64,000 bases of DNA from Octopus sinensis (lineage: Eukaryota): positions 78,678,001-78,742,000 of the forward strand of contig NC_043006.1 of assembly GCF_006345805.1 (NCBI RefSeq), read 5' to 3'. Below, piece after piece: positions 24,278 through 37,440 of the stretch (within the stretch, counting starts at the first letter, position 1; the number at the start of each line of letters is the position of its first letter). The notes below the pieces were generated by a model. The model searched no databases, was not told where the DNA came from, and worked only from the letters and a program-made list of their open reading frames with translations. The translations under genes and the position numbers were made by a program.

Positions 24278-26624
24278 CAAAGAATACACCCCTTACCTCA
24301 ACAGCCATTTTTTAGACAGAGGGGAAAAATACAAACACCACCGCTAACACAGACCCAAAATAAGAAAACAAAAATTATAAACCTCTCCAGCAAAACACTG
24401 ACACCAACCCAAATCAACATCCTAGCAAGAGGTTTGAAATTCACACCCACCCCAAGAACACCCAACCCCCCGGAGGTCAAGGATGACGTTTCTGAATTCT
24501 GCAGAAAACTTCGCCTAACAGAAGCTTTGACAGATATCAACAATGGGGACGATTCATTGATCAGAAATAAAAGCAACTTCCTACCACCAAAAGGGAGAAA
24601 TAAAACACTGGACGATTTCTGTAAACACATCCAGAGTCTCCCCTTTACCCCATGCAAAACCAAGGTAAAATCCAATTTCAGTAAGGAAGAATGGGAAAAC
24701 CTACGTGACATACAACTGGATAAAAACCTCACCATCAAAGAAGCGGACAAAGGGAGTGCTGTGGTCCTTATGGACACGGAATTTTATAAACACCTAGTGT
24801 TCTCCATGCTTAACAATAACATTTTCTATGAGGTTATTAACAACTACAAACAGCAAAAAACAATCAGAAACCTCACCACACTCATACGCCAACACGGTCA
24901 GGGACTCACAGAAAAAGAAAGGGATTATATCACCATTTTCAAATGCAAGCCCAGCCTTTTTTATGGCCTTCCTAAAATCCATAAAAACAAATACATCACC
25001 GAAGCCTGCAAACTCTCCACTGACATCCACATAAACATCAAAGCACCGGAGGACCTAAAACTAAGGCCCATCGTGGCTGGTACCTCCTGTGAAACACACC
25101 GCCTGAGTAACTTCCTAGACATCCTTTTGAAACCTTTCCTTACCCACATCAAAAGTTTCATTAGGGATGATCTGGACATGCTCAAACACCTCCCGAAAAC
25201 AGTTAACGAGGAGGCACTCCTGGTATCCTTTGATGTCATCAACCTCTACACCAACATTCCACATGAGTATGGTATAGAGGCAATTGACTTCTGGCTAGAA
25301 AAACACCCAGAGACATTCCCTGACCGCATTAACAAGTCTTTTATTACAGAATCTCTTAAGTTCATTCTGACAAACAATTTTTTTCTCTTCGACGACATAC
25401 ACTACCGTCAAAAATGTGGCATTGCGATGGGTACCAAGGCTGCACCAGTCCTTGCGAACCTCATAATGGGTTACTTCGAACTGTCACTCTATGAAATATC
25501 AAGCCAGAAATTTGGACATGTTTTCCACACCTACCTAATGGAAAACTGGAAAAGGTATTTAGATGATTGTTTCATCATATGGAAAGAACCTTATGAAAAA
25601 CTCCTGGAATTCAAAACCATACTAAACAACATACATCCCAACATCCAATTCACTATGGAATTAAGCAAACATCATCTCCCATTCCTTGATCTCCTAATTA
25701 TAAAAACACCTAAGAACCAAATCATAACAGACATCTACCACAAACCTACAGACTCACAACAATACCTCCTCTTTAGTTCATGCCACCCAAAACACAACAA
25801 GACAAATATCCCTTTCAATTTAGCTAAAAGGGTATGCACCATTGTCTCGGATCCAAAAACACGAGAAATACGCCTTCAAGACCTCAAGAAAACACTATTA
25901 CAACGTCAATATCCCTCCACCCTTATAGAGTATGGAATAAAACGCGCCAAAGAACTAGACAACACTACACTGAAAACCACCCAACCTAACACCACACACA
26001 ACCTCAAAATACTTCCATACATTTCCACCCACCCCCAAAAATATCGAAGCATACACCACAATCATACAAAACCTCAGTCTACTGTCAACAGACCCAAAAA
26101 TGAAAAACATTATAAATACACACAAAATCCTTAAATGCAAAAGGCAACACAAATCTTTAAAAAAACTCTTGACAAATGCCAAACTTCACACACCACATCC
26201 ACCCCCAACAGTAAAAAAATGTGCACGCACAAACTGTGGTACCTGCCCCTTTCTACTTGAAGGCTCTGAATTTACCTTCAAACAAGGTACGAAGTTTAAA
26301 ATCAAGACTAACTTCTCCTGTTCCTCCGAGAACCTTATCTACGTTCTCACATGCGCTGGTTGCCAACATAATTATGTTGGACAAACGAGTCGCCCGTTAC
26401 GTAAACGAGTAACGGTGCATAAAGAACAAATAAATCTCCCGGAATACCGACAAATTCCACTGAGTGACCACTTAGACTCATGTGCTAAAGACTTAAACCC
26501 CAAATTCTATATATTCCCCTTCTACCAATGTAAAGACGGGATCACCACACAGGAGAGAATTAACAAGGAGAATCCCTTTATTGAAAAATTCCAAACACAA
26601 CTTAATATGCAAACTCCTCGTTGA
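24278..26624 (+). pseudogene. Penelope-like RT + GIY-YIG endonuclease ORF with one frameshift
   Basis: IINLSSKTLTPTQINILARGLKF, KEADKG, LYGLPKIHK, LRPIVA, SFDV..LYTNIP, GIAMGT, RYLDD, FLDL, YHKPT; Cys-rich linker CARTNCGTC (Neptune/Naiad-type); -2 frameshift at ~26030. Confidence 0.92.
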
Positions 26625-27255
26625 TCAAACTTCCTTTCTCTACCTCACTCTTCATGGATGGACTAACACAAATATATAAAGATACCATGCATTCATCACT
26701 TCAAGCTAAAACTTATATTCTTTAAATATCATTTTTACTATTGTTGTTATTACTATCATTTTTATTATAAATGATATGACAATTTGAAATGCAATTGTCT
26801 ATGCAGATTTATATTATTAGAAAATAATATAAATAAAGTGTTAAAATCTGAAAGTTAAGTTAACAAGCAATTATATAAAAAAGATAATGCAAATGAAGCT
26901 AAAATGATAGTTTTATAATTTGGGTTTTATTGAAGAACTCAAAAGAGTTGTCTCCCCTTACTCACAACACAGGAACTGAAGAACCAGGACCACAATTACT
27001 ACTACTTCCTGTCCTGCAAACATGCTGAATTTAACAACACAACACAACACATGCTCTTAATCCCTTTGGATCTTAACACCTCAAGGTAATTTTTTCGTAA
27101 ACAACCATAAAACTCAAGATACACAACGAACTCACAATGTATCGGAGAACTTATTTTTAATTTTTGTACATTTTTATCATTATTCTTTTACAAAAAACAA
27201 TGCAATTTTCTTTTTTTCCCCTTTCTAATTTTTAAAAAACTTCTTAAAACATAAA

Positions 27256-27296
27256 TATTCTTGACAAGTCATACAATGACGAAAACCGGTTGAATA
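27256..27296 (+). ncRNA. Variant minimal hammerhead motif (U3:A8) at the Penelope 3' end
   Basis: TATTC-TTGACAA-GTCAT ACA ATGAC-GAAA(A)CCGGTT-GAATA. Confidence 0.55.
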
Positions 27297-27386
27297 AATA
27301 TATATTTATATATTTTATCAATTTCTCATTTTATTAAAATTTTCTTTCATTTGAGCATTCTGCATTTTTAAAAAAATTTTTCGTTA

Positions 27387-27438
<52 letters not shown>

Positions 27439-27679
27439 TATATACATATATATATATATACATTATATATTATATATTATATATATATATATATGTGTGT
27501 GTATTATATGTGTATATGTGTGTATTATGTAGGTATGTATGTATATATATATTATATATATATTATATATAGCACCAGGTGGTGCTATTAAGTTGGACAT
27601 GGCCTGGGCCAATAATGGCCGAAACCTATCAAAGTATCAAATATCAAAGTATATATATATATTATATATATATATATAA

Positions 27680-28455
<776 letters not shown>

Positions 28456-28514
28456 ACACACAAAATACACACACACACACATACATAATATAATATACAT
28501 ACATACATATATGT

Positions 28515-28725
28515 ATAGCACGCCGGGCGAAATGCGTAGCCGTATTTCGTCTGCCGTTACGTTCTGGGTTCAAATTCCGCCGTGGTCGACTTTGCCTTTC
28601 ATCCTTTCGGGGTCGATGAATTAAGTACCAGTTACGCACTGGGGTCGATATAATCGACTTAATCCGTTTGTCTGTCCTCGTTTGTCCCCTCTGCGTTTAT
28701 CCCCTTGTGGGTAGTAAAGAAATAT
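28515..28725 (+). mobile_element. SINE family B monomer, tail X
   Basis: Partial head + Meta-like body + GTGGGTAGTAAAGAAAT. Confidence 0.85.
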
Positions 28726-29020
28726 ATTTTTATGTATATGACTTTATATGCTCTGTAATGGAACGTTTCTACCATAACTGCCAATTTTTTTTCTTTTCAT
28801 GCGGACATACATTAGTATCATCTATTTATTCACACGCTTTCCTGTTATGTTGGGTCTGAATATCTGAATCATATAACTTACCAGAAGTATTATCTCCCTT
28901 GAACTGTGCCTGATTAAATAAAATATAAAACAATCTAAACTGGAATACATGCTATACAACAGAGGTTCTCAACCCTGTGGTTCGCAAACGTAGTGAAGCT
29001 AAATTTAGAATTTCAAATAC

Positions 29021-29078
<58 letters not shown>

Positions 29079-29080
29079 GT

Positions 29081-29231
<151 letters not shown>

Positions 29232-29322
29232 TTAGCGGTTCGGCAAAAAGGACCGATTGAGTAAGTACTAGGCTTACAAAGAATATATAGATATACATAA
29301 ATACTTATATATACTGAAATAT

Positions 29323-29406
<84 letters not shown>

Positions 29407-29594
29407 GTATGTGTTTGTGTGTGTGTGTTTGCCCCCCCCCCCCCCACACCACCACCACCACCATCGCTTGATAATCGATGGTGGTTTGTTTACTCCCTGT
29501 AACTTTCTGGCTTGCAAAAGAGACCGATAGACTAAGTTCTATTGATTTGTTCGACTAAAGGCTGCAGTCAAATGACTAAAACAAATAAAAAATA

Positions 29595-29726
29595 AAAGAA
29601 TAACTATATAAATATAATCTTGTTCTATATTTAAGAGATGAGGAATAAAATACATTATTTAAATTATTTACATTCGACGGATACTTGTCCTCATCTTGTT
29701 TGTTGTTAACACAATGTTTCGGCTCT
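29595..29726 (-). repeat. Hammerhead-associated short repeat (3' half), homologous to 31990-32095
   Basis: Reverse complement GCCGAAACATTGTGTTAACAACAAACAAGATGAGGACAAG..CTTAAATATAGAACAAGATTATAT. Confidence 0.7.
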
Positions 29727-29826
29727 TTAACCACGACGCCATATGCCCACGGGCACGTAGCGTAATGGTTAAAGAGCGCGAGCTACTAAGCCCCAGATTC
29801 CGAGTTCGATTCTAAGCAGTGACCTG

Positions 29827-29865
<39 letters not shown>

Positions 29866-29866
29866 A

Positions 29867-29917
<51 letters not shown>

Positions 29918-29919
29918 TA

Positions 29920-30743
29920 AACAACTAAAACTAGAACAGCAACGGATCATGATAAAACGATGGCAAGAAAAGCCCCTTCATGCCAAATACTGGACTAAAC
30001 AAAATCCAAAAGAAATAGACAAAGAAAAATACCAGCAATGGTTGAGAAGCTCAGGAGTCAAAGCAGAGACGGAGGGCTTTTTGATTGCCGCACAAGACCA
30101 AAGCCTCCCCACCAGAAATTACTAAAGACATATAATGAAAAGAAACATAACAAGTAACTGCAGAATATGTGAAGATGGACGAGAACCAATAAATCATGTT
30201 ATCTCTGGCTCCCCAGTCCAAGCTAAGAAGGAATATATTCACAGACACGACAGAGTTGGGACCTACATACACTGGAAGCTATGCCAACACTATGGAATAA
30301 CAACAGGAAAAAGATGGTATAGGCACACACCAGAGAAGGTCACAGAAAACGCGAAAGCAACCATACTCTGGGATATGCCAATACACACAGATAGAGATAT
30401 TAAGGCAAATAGGTCAGATATAGTTGTCAGAGATCATGAAGGAAAAAATACTTTCTAATTGATGTATCAATACCAGCACATGGCAACGTGTCTCTAAAAG
30501 AAATGGAGAAACTTTCAAAATACAAGGACGTGGAAATAGAGCTAACTCGAATGTAGAATCTAAAAACAGAAACAAATACATAACAAAAACACCAGACAAT
30601 TGCACTACTAGGCACTGCACACATCCTACGCAGAACACTTTTCATACAATAACCATCAGAGCATCACAACAAATCACAGCACATACCCAGGGTACACGGA
30701 GCTGCGCTCGGTAGTGAAGTGAAAGTACGCAATAAAAATAATA

Positions 30744-30746
<3 letters not shown>
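29920..30746 (+). mobile_element. 5'-truncated R4/Dong-type (RLE) non-LTR retrotransposon in (TAA)n
   Basis: CRIC..ETINH.ISG.P...KEYIHRHDRV zinc finger, ILWD..IHTDR.IKANR.DIV RLE motif; (TAA)n flanks. Confidence 0.85.
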
Positions 30747-30799
<53 letters not shown>

Positions 30800-30807
30800 C
30801 AATATTA

Positions 30808-30858
<51 letters not shown>

Positions 30859-30871
30859 TAATAATAATAAT

Positions 30872-31087
30872 GACCTTTTGAGCGGTATGGGCTACTCAGC
30901 CAGAAGAAAATTCTAAATGGGCCCCACCTATAAGGTTATGCGCTGTTTATCTTGATATGAGATCACCATGTCGCGCACATATGGTTGTGATGCATGTGCC
31001 TAGTGTACACTTATCAGACGGGTAATCATGATGAGTATACTGGGCATCGTATATTTTACCCCAGTGTCACTTTGATGGCATGCACTC
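30872..31087 (+). mobile_element. Family D (TAA)n-targeted repeat, 5'-truncated
   Basis: Reverse complement of ~17136-17360; (AAT)n flanks. Confidence 0.8.
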
Positions 31088-31145
<58 letters not shown>

Positions 31146-31147
<2 letters not shown>

Positions 31148-31865
31148 GCCTCCCCACCAGAAATTACCAAAGACATGTAATGAAAAGAAATATTACAAGT
31201 AACTGCAGAATATGTGGAGATGGACAAGAAACAATAAATCATATTATCTCTAGCTGCCCAGTCCTGGCTAAGAAGGAATATATTCACAGACATGACAGAG
31301 TTGGAACCTACATACATTGGAAGCTATGCCAACATTATGGAATAACAACAGAAAAAGATGGTATAGGCACACACCAGAAAAGGTCACAGAAAACGAGAAA
31401 GCAACCATACTCTGGGATATGCCGATACACACAGAGAGAGAAATTAAGGCCAACAGACCAGATATAGTTGTCAGAGATCATGAAGAAAAAAAAATGCTTT
31501 CTAATTGATGTATCAATACCGGCAGATGACAACGTGTCTCTAAAAGAATGGAGAAACTCTCAAAATACAAAGACCTGGAATAGAGGTAACTAGAATGTGG
31601 AACCTGAAAACAGAAACAATTCCTATCATAGTAGGCGCATTAGGCATGATAAAAAAATATTCAGACAAATACATAACAAAAACACCAGGACTTACAAACA
31701 CATATAACATACAGAAAATTGCACTACTAGGCACTGCACACATCCTACGCAGAACACTTTCCATACAATAACCATCAGAGCATCACAACAAATCACAGCA
31801 CATACCCAAGGTACACAGAGCTGCGCTCGGTAGTGAAGTGAAAGCACGCTATAAAAATAAAACTA

Positions 31866-31868
<3 letters not shown>
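31146..31868 (+). mobile_element. 5'-truncated R4/Dong-type retrotransposon in (TAA)n
   Basis: CRICGDGQETINHIISSCPVLAKKEYIHRHDRV, ANRPDIVVRD; ends AAAATAAAACTACTG-(AAT)n. Confidence 0.88.
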
Positions 31869-31911
<43 letters not shown>

Positions 31912-31956
31912 TCGAAAATACCTTAGGAATGAGAACCCAGGTTCGAAATTTCCACA

Positions 31957-32003
31957 ACACACCTGAAGAAGGCTGGATGGTATATCAGCCGAAACGTTGT
32001 TTT
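31957..32003 (+). ncRNA. Minimal type I hammerhead motif
   Basis: AC-CTGAAGA-A-GGCTG..CAGCC-GAA-ACGT-T-GT; palindromic stem III, weak stem I in this copy. Confidence 0.6.
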
Positions 32004-32576
32004 AACAACAAACAAGATGAGGACAAATATCCGTCGAATGTAAATAATGTACATAATTCCTCATCTCTTAAATATAGAACAAGATTATATTTATATAATT
32101 ATTCTTTTATTTGTTTCAGTCATTTGACTGCGGCCATGCTGGAGCACTGCCTTTAGACGAACAACTCAGGACTTATTTTTTTGTAAGCCTAGTGCTTATT
32201 CAATCGGTCCTTTTTGCCGAACCGCTAAGTTACGGTGATGTAAACACACAAGCATCGGTTGTCAAGCGATGGTGGAGAGATAAACACAAAAACACACATA
32301 CACGCACGCACACTCATACATAATGCATCTATCTATCTATCTATATATATATATATATATATATATTATGTGAAATAGAAAGATGAATAATCTTGTTGTA
32401 GATTAATCAAAAGTTAACCGATACCTTAGTAGCAAAAATCACAGCAGTAAACAGCACGGTTGGAGGTACAAGCATCTGGCGTTGCAACCGTGCGTTGGTG
32501 CGGATAATTGAAATTAAAACATTATTGGTGAATTGAAGAAATGGAGCTGAACGCAGATTGAACAGAAATCGTTTTA

Positions 32577-32666
32577 TTTCATTCTACACGTGTTTCGAAA
32601 GGCACAAATTACCAAAATCCGATTGAATAATGGGACCATATTGTGTCTTTCTCTTCAGGAAGAAAA
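32577..32666 (-). ncRNA. Type I hammerhead ribozyme, canonical core
   Basis: Reverse complement TTTCTTC-CTGAAGA-GAAAGACACAA..TTGTGCCTTTC-GAA-ACACGTGT-A-GAATGAAA: long stem II, palindromic stem III, GUA triplet. Confidence 0.75.
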
Positions 32667-33265
32667 AAGGAAATCCGTTAGAGAAACAAAAACAGAACAG
32701 AGGCGGAGCAAAAACCAAATCGAACTATGCTCCTAAGAGCCCATGGCGAAACTGTTTATCAGTGTATGCTGAGAACCGGTGGCTGAAGAATTCTACAGGT
32801 CAGGCATCGGTCAATCATGTGGGTGAGGGTGTATAGATGTTCTTAGTGACCGAGAATAAAGTTCTGACTATTTAAGGAATATTGGATGTTTTATAAGGGC
32901 GAGAAAAAATCTACTTAGAGACGTGTGTGTGTGTATACTGTTCTATATATGTGTGTGTTGGCGTAGGGGTAGAAAACACTTTTTGTGTACGTGTGTGCGT
33001 TTGATCGTTCGGCTGTCAGTGGCTACTGCCGTGAAAACCGTTGGGTGGCAGAAAGAAAAAAATATATATATATAATGTTTTATGTGTGTGTGTGTTCATC
33101 TGAGCCTGCCTTGTCAAGGAAACCCCCCGCTGTGAAAAAACCAAGCCCCGTTTGTCTTACAGGAGTAATTCCCCTTGCAGTGGATAATCGTAGATATCTT
33201 AAAGGCTATTTATTTGTTCAGAATTTGTTACCAAGGGCTATGGGTGCCAGTATTATTTATAAACG

Positions 33266-33987
33266 CTATTTAAAAGCCAGATAAGTGTAACGCCGCCAAT
33301 GGGGGCATCGAAAAGCCGACTGTAAGAGCCCGTTTACCATCCGGCCTCTGGCAAACAAAATATGGAAGAGTTCGGAGACACAAAGGTTACACTGTCTTCT
33401 GCCCCTATCAAATGGGAGGGCCACCGACAAAATTGACCATTCCAGCCTGTATCTTAAGTTCGTATCCTTCAGTCGCCATATTAGCTTACTGAGTCCCGTG
33501 GTCTGGCGCTTGTTCACGTCCCGAAAAGTTGCGTAATGATTGGAGACACGCAAAGACAATCTTGAGGATGATGCCCCTACATAAGTGAAGACATCTGAGT
33601 CCGTGTAAACCTTGCATTGGTAGACGGCGTTTTTGATCTTGGAGTTCGCCGACGTAAATCTTAATCTGCTAGGATTAGTTTCTGAAATTAGAACTGCGTT
33701 CCTGTCACTATATTCGTTCCGAGACCTGCAGCCGCTTACTACTCTATTTTCCACTACGTCACTATTACCTATAGGAATAACCCTGATTCTCCACTATCTA
33801 TCAGAGTACTGTCATTGCTAGTGCCCGTGGTGCTGCTATTGCGGGAAATGATGCTGGGGTTGCTATTGGGGCTCTCTACCCTACTCCCATTGTTACCGTC
33901 AACCACAACACCCCTATTTATAACTATACCCCTAGTGGGTACTCCCTGGCTGGAGCTGAGATTATGTGTCACTGTACTGGCTCTCAT
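33266..33987 (-). CDS. GIY-YIG endonuclease (Penelope-type) with S/N/G-rich N-terminus; one apparent frameshift near 33770-33790
   Basis: AVYQCKV..YVGASS..LRVSNHYATFR..LSKLIWRLK..EWSIL..CNLCVSE..ILF..VN..CPH; upstream frame MRAST.. has no RT motifs. Confidence 0.75.
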
Positions 33988-35119
33988 ATGTTTTATATGT
34001 GAATTAGTGTAACACGTTAATCCTTCGAATAACCAAATACTATCATTTACTGTGGCTACATCAGTGGAATTGTTACTTGGATGGTGAATATTTCAGCGTA
34101 ACAGCTGTTTCAAATGTTGGCAAAAAAGAAAAAAAAACAGAAATTTGAGGGAAAGTGTACAGAGGATTAGATTGACTCAAATATTTGACTGATATTTTAT
34201 TTTATTGACTCCAGATAGTTGTAAATAAATTTGATCTGAAAATGTAAATAGTTGTACGCGGGGTAATACTGGTTTCAAATTTTGGCACAAGGCCAGCAAT
34301 TTTAGGGGATGGAGCTAATCGACTACATCGACTCAAGTGATCAACTAGTCCTTTCTTTGTTTATCCACTCCGGAAGGATGAAAGGCAAAGTTGACCTCGG
34401 TAGAATTTGGACTCGAATCATAAAGACGGACGAAATGTCGCTAAGCAGTCTCTCCAACGTGCTAACGATTCTGCCAACTCGCCCCTTTTCATTAAGGGTA
34501 ATAATGAACTCTGTACAAGTACCACATCTTTACACCAAATTGAACCAATGGAAGTGCTTCTTGCCTGCACAATCTGCTAGAAATAGCAACCAAATCACTT
34601 TGAAGTAAGACTCCTTCGTTTTAAGAAAGGTCACACTGGATGACATGATCTTGGGGTCTCTGCATATAAAAAAAAATAGACACTAGCTGAGCTGGCCACG
34701 GTTAGAACTCCTTTAAACAAGGGTACGTTTGATCAGGACTGACCTGCAACTAAACAACATATCATCATCGTCATTATCATCATCATCAACAATAAGAACA
34801 ACAACAAGAACAACAACAACAGCAACAACGACTACAACAGCAACATCACCACCACCACTATCAGCAACAGTCGACTTCAACAAGAGAGGGAGGACACGTT
34901 AAGCAGCGTAATCTGTAATGTATAAAAACACGACGGGTAAGCAATGGTTGATTTACTCTTATAGCTAGACGCCATTAGTTCAAGGTAACCTAATTTTAAA
35001 CAACAGCAACAACAACAACAATAGCTTCGATATGACTTAACTATTCAACTAATTACGGATTGCAGTCATACTAACTAGTTTTGTACAATAATACATACAT
35101 GTATTTCTCGGTTCGATCC

Positions 35120-35324
35120 TACTCTTTTACTTGTTTCAGTCATTTGACTGCGGCCATGCTGAAGCACCGCCTTTAGTCGAGCAAGGTGACCCCAGGACTT
35201 ATTCTTTGTAAGCCTAGTACTTATTCTATCGGACTCTTTTGCCGAACCGCTAAGTTACGGGGACGTAAACACACCAGCATCTGTTGTCAAGCGATGTTGG
35301 GGGGACAAACGCAGACACACAAAC

Positions 35325-35364
<40 letters not shown>

Positions 35365-35515
35365 GACGGGCTTCTTTCAGTTTCCGTCTACTAAGGCTTT
35401 GGTCGGCCCGAGGCTATAGTAGAAGACACTTGCCCAAGGTGCCACGCAGTGGGACTGAACCCGGAGCCATGTGGTTGGTAAGCAAGCTACTTAGCACACA
35501 GCCACTCCTGCGCCT
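35120..35515 (-). mobile_element. SINE family A
   Basis: Same consensus as 2872-3266. Confidence 0.9.
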
Positions 35516-35799
35516 GTGCATTATTTTTGCAAGTTTATTCTATAGAAGACTCAAGTTAGTCAATGCTTTATCAGTTGAATTCGACGAATGGAAACTGTCG
35601 GCAATGGCCCAAAAGTAGGTTTACAGTTATCACGTAGACACTTTAAATTTCTTTTAAAACGTTGTATAACATTTAAATTTCTATCTTACAAATTGAAAGG
35701 GTAGCTTGACAAAATTAACTAAATTAGCCTAGAATAATAGTTTCATTTTTTTTATAATTAAGATCTGAGACCCACTTCGGTCACGACACTGACCATGGG

Positions 35800-36105
35800 A
35801 TTGCACCTAGAAAATTACCCTCCCTTGCACAAGTCCGAGCAAGGTTATTTATGGAAGACCAGCAGTCGCCCATGCATACAAGCCTCCCCTCTCCACGCCA
35901 CCAGTGTTATCCAAGGGAAAGGCAACAGCAGATACAGCTTGGTATATGTGACGTCGCAACTCATTTCTACAGCGGAGTGAACTGGAGCAACGTGAAATAA
36001 AGTGTCTTGCTCAAGAACACAACACGCAACACGGTCCGGGATTCGAGCTCACAACCTCACAATCGTAAGCTCGGCGCTCTAACTACTGAGCCATGCGCTT
36101 TCACA
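35800..36105 (-). mobile_element. SINE family C-related
   Basis: Reverse complement of the 13644-type element. Confidence 0.75.
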
Positions 36106-36194
36106 ATTAAGATCTAAACTTAATATATCAATGCGAATGAGATAGTTGAATAACTGCAAACCTACTTTTAGGATACCTTGTATATTTAGGAGCA

Positions 36195-36620
36195 AGCTTG
36201 GCTGTGTAGTGATGAGTTTGCTTACCGACCACATGATTCCGGTTTCAATCTCACGGCGCGGCACCTTGATCAAGCGCCTTCTACTTTAGCCTCTGGCTGA
36301 CAAAAGCCTTGTAAGTGGATTTGTTAGACCGAAACTCAAAGAATCCTCTCGCATCTGTGTGTGTGTGTGTGTGTGTGCGTGCGTGCGAGTGTGCGATCTA
36401 TCTGTGTGTATGTGTGACTTTCTGTCTGTGTTTGTCCGCCACTACCGCTGGACAACCGGTGTTGGCGTGTTTGTGTCGCCCTAACTTAACGGTTCGATAA
36501 AAGGACCGATAAAATAAGTCCCTGACTTTAAAAAGTTATAAGTACTGGGGTCGATTCATTCGACTAAAACTTCTTTAAGCCGATGCCCCATCTTTAGGCG
36601 CCGACTAATTACTGAAACAA
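36195..36620 (+). mobile_element. SINE family A, degenerate
   Basis: Head GGCTGTGTAGTGATGAG.., internal (TG)n, tail ..AAGTACTGGGGTCGATT. Confidence 0.7.
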
Positions 36621-37209
36621 GTCAAAGGTAAAAAGGACCCGGGTTCGATCTCACTGCGTACCATCGGAGACGAGTGTCTTTTATCATAACTTAAAGTTGC
36701 ATCAGGCTTTGCAGGTGAAGTTCAGTATATGGAAACTGTGTGGAATCCCTTTCGGATGAATTGGATTGTGCCTGTGATTCAAAATGTACAACCATGTCAT
36801 ACTTTGCACTTCACTGATTCTGCCCCAGAATTTTTTTAACTGTGCACATGTCTGTGGAATACTCAGATACAGACATGCCAATTCAATTAGCAGTTAATTA
36901 AGCTGATCGAACAATTGGATACTTATCATCGAAAACAACGGAGTTTGATTGATTTTTGTCTTTATGTTCGTCTCTGTCCGTGTCAGTGTTTATCGTTACA
37001 CTTGTTAAATTTAACATTGCTTTTATGTCCTCTTACGTTGCTTACGACAAACAGACAGAAGATAAAATAAGTACCAGAGTAGATATCATCAAATGAATTC
37101 TCGAAAATGGTGCTCTAGTATGGCCGTAGTCTAACACAGTTAACTGCGGATTATCCGGCATCGTTGGGACCTGGAGAGTGCTGAGTTAGTGATTTTTCTG
37201 GATTATCTA

Positions 37210-37440
37210 TTTCTTTACTACCCACAAGGGGCTAAACACAGAGAGGACAAACAAAGACAGACAAACGGATTAAGTCGATTATATCAACCCCAGTGCGTAA
37301 CTGGTACTTAATTTATCGACACCGAAAGGATGAAAGGCAAAGTCGACCTCGGCGGAATTTGAACTCAGAACGTAACGGCAGACGAACTACGGCTACGCAT
37401 TTCGTCCGGCGTGCTAACGTTTCTACCAGTTCGCCGCCTT
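37210..37440 (-). mobile_element. SINE family B monomer, tail X
   Basis: Head + body + GTGGGTAGTAAAGAAATA. Confidence 0.85.

Larger units (their letters stand above)
21495..27391 (+). mobile_element. Penelope-like retroelement with a 2.2-kb inverted 5' duplication
   Basis: 21495-23673 is the reverse complement of 25210-27391; RT plus C-terminal GIY-YIG; (TA)n on both flanks. Confidence 0.92.
32370..34110 (-). mobile_element. RT-less Penelope-like element: GIY-YIG ORF + 3' hammerhead
   Basis: See the ORF and ribozyme entries; 3' end abuts (TA)n. Boundaries approximate. Confidence 0.6.

Noticed and set aside
24434-26624. Selenocysteine-recoding (Naiad-like) Penelope
   Set aside because: Linker and EN cysteines use ordinary Cys codons; the ORF break is a frameshift, not an in-frame TGA.
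26970-27025. CTGAAGA followed by a CAGGAC/GTCCTG stem in the Penelope 3' region
   Set aside because: No GAAA core half and no stem I.
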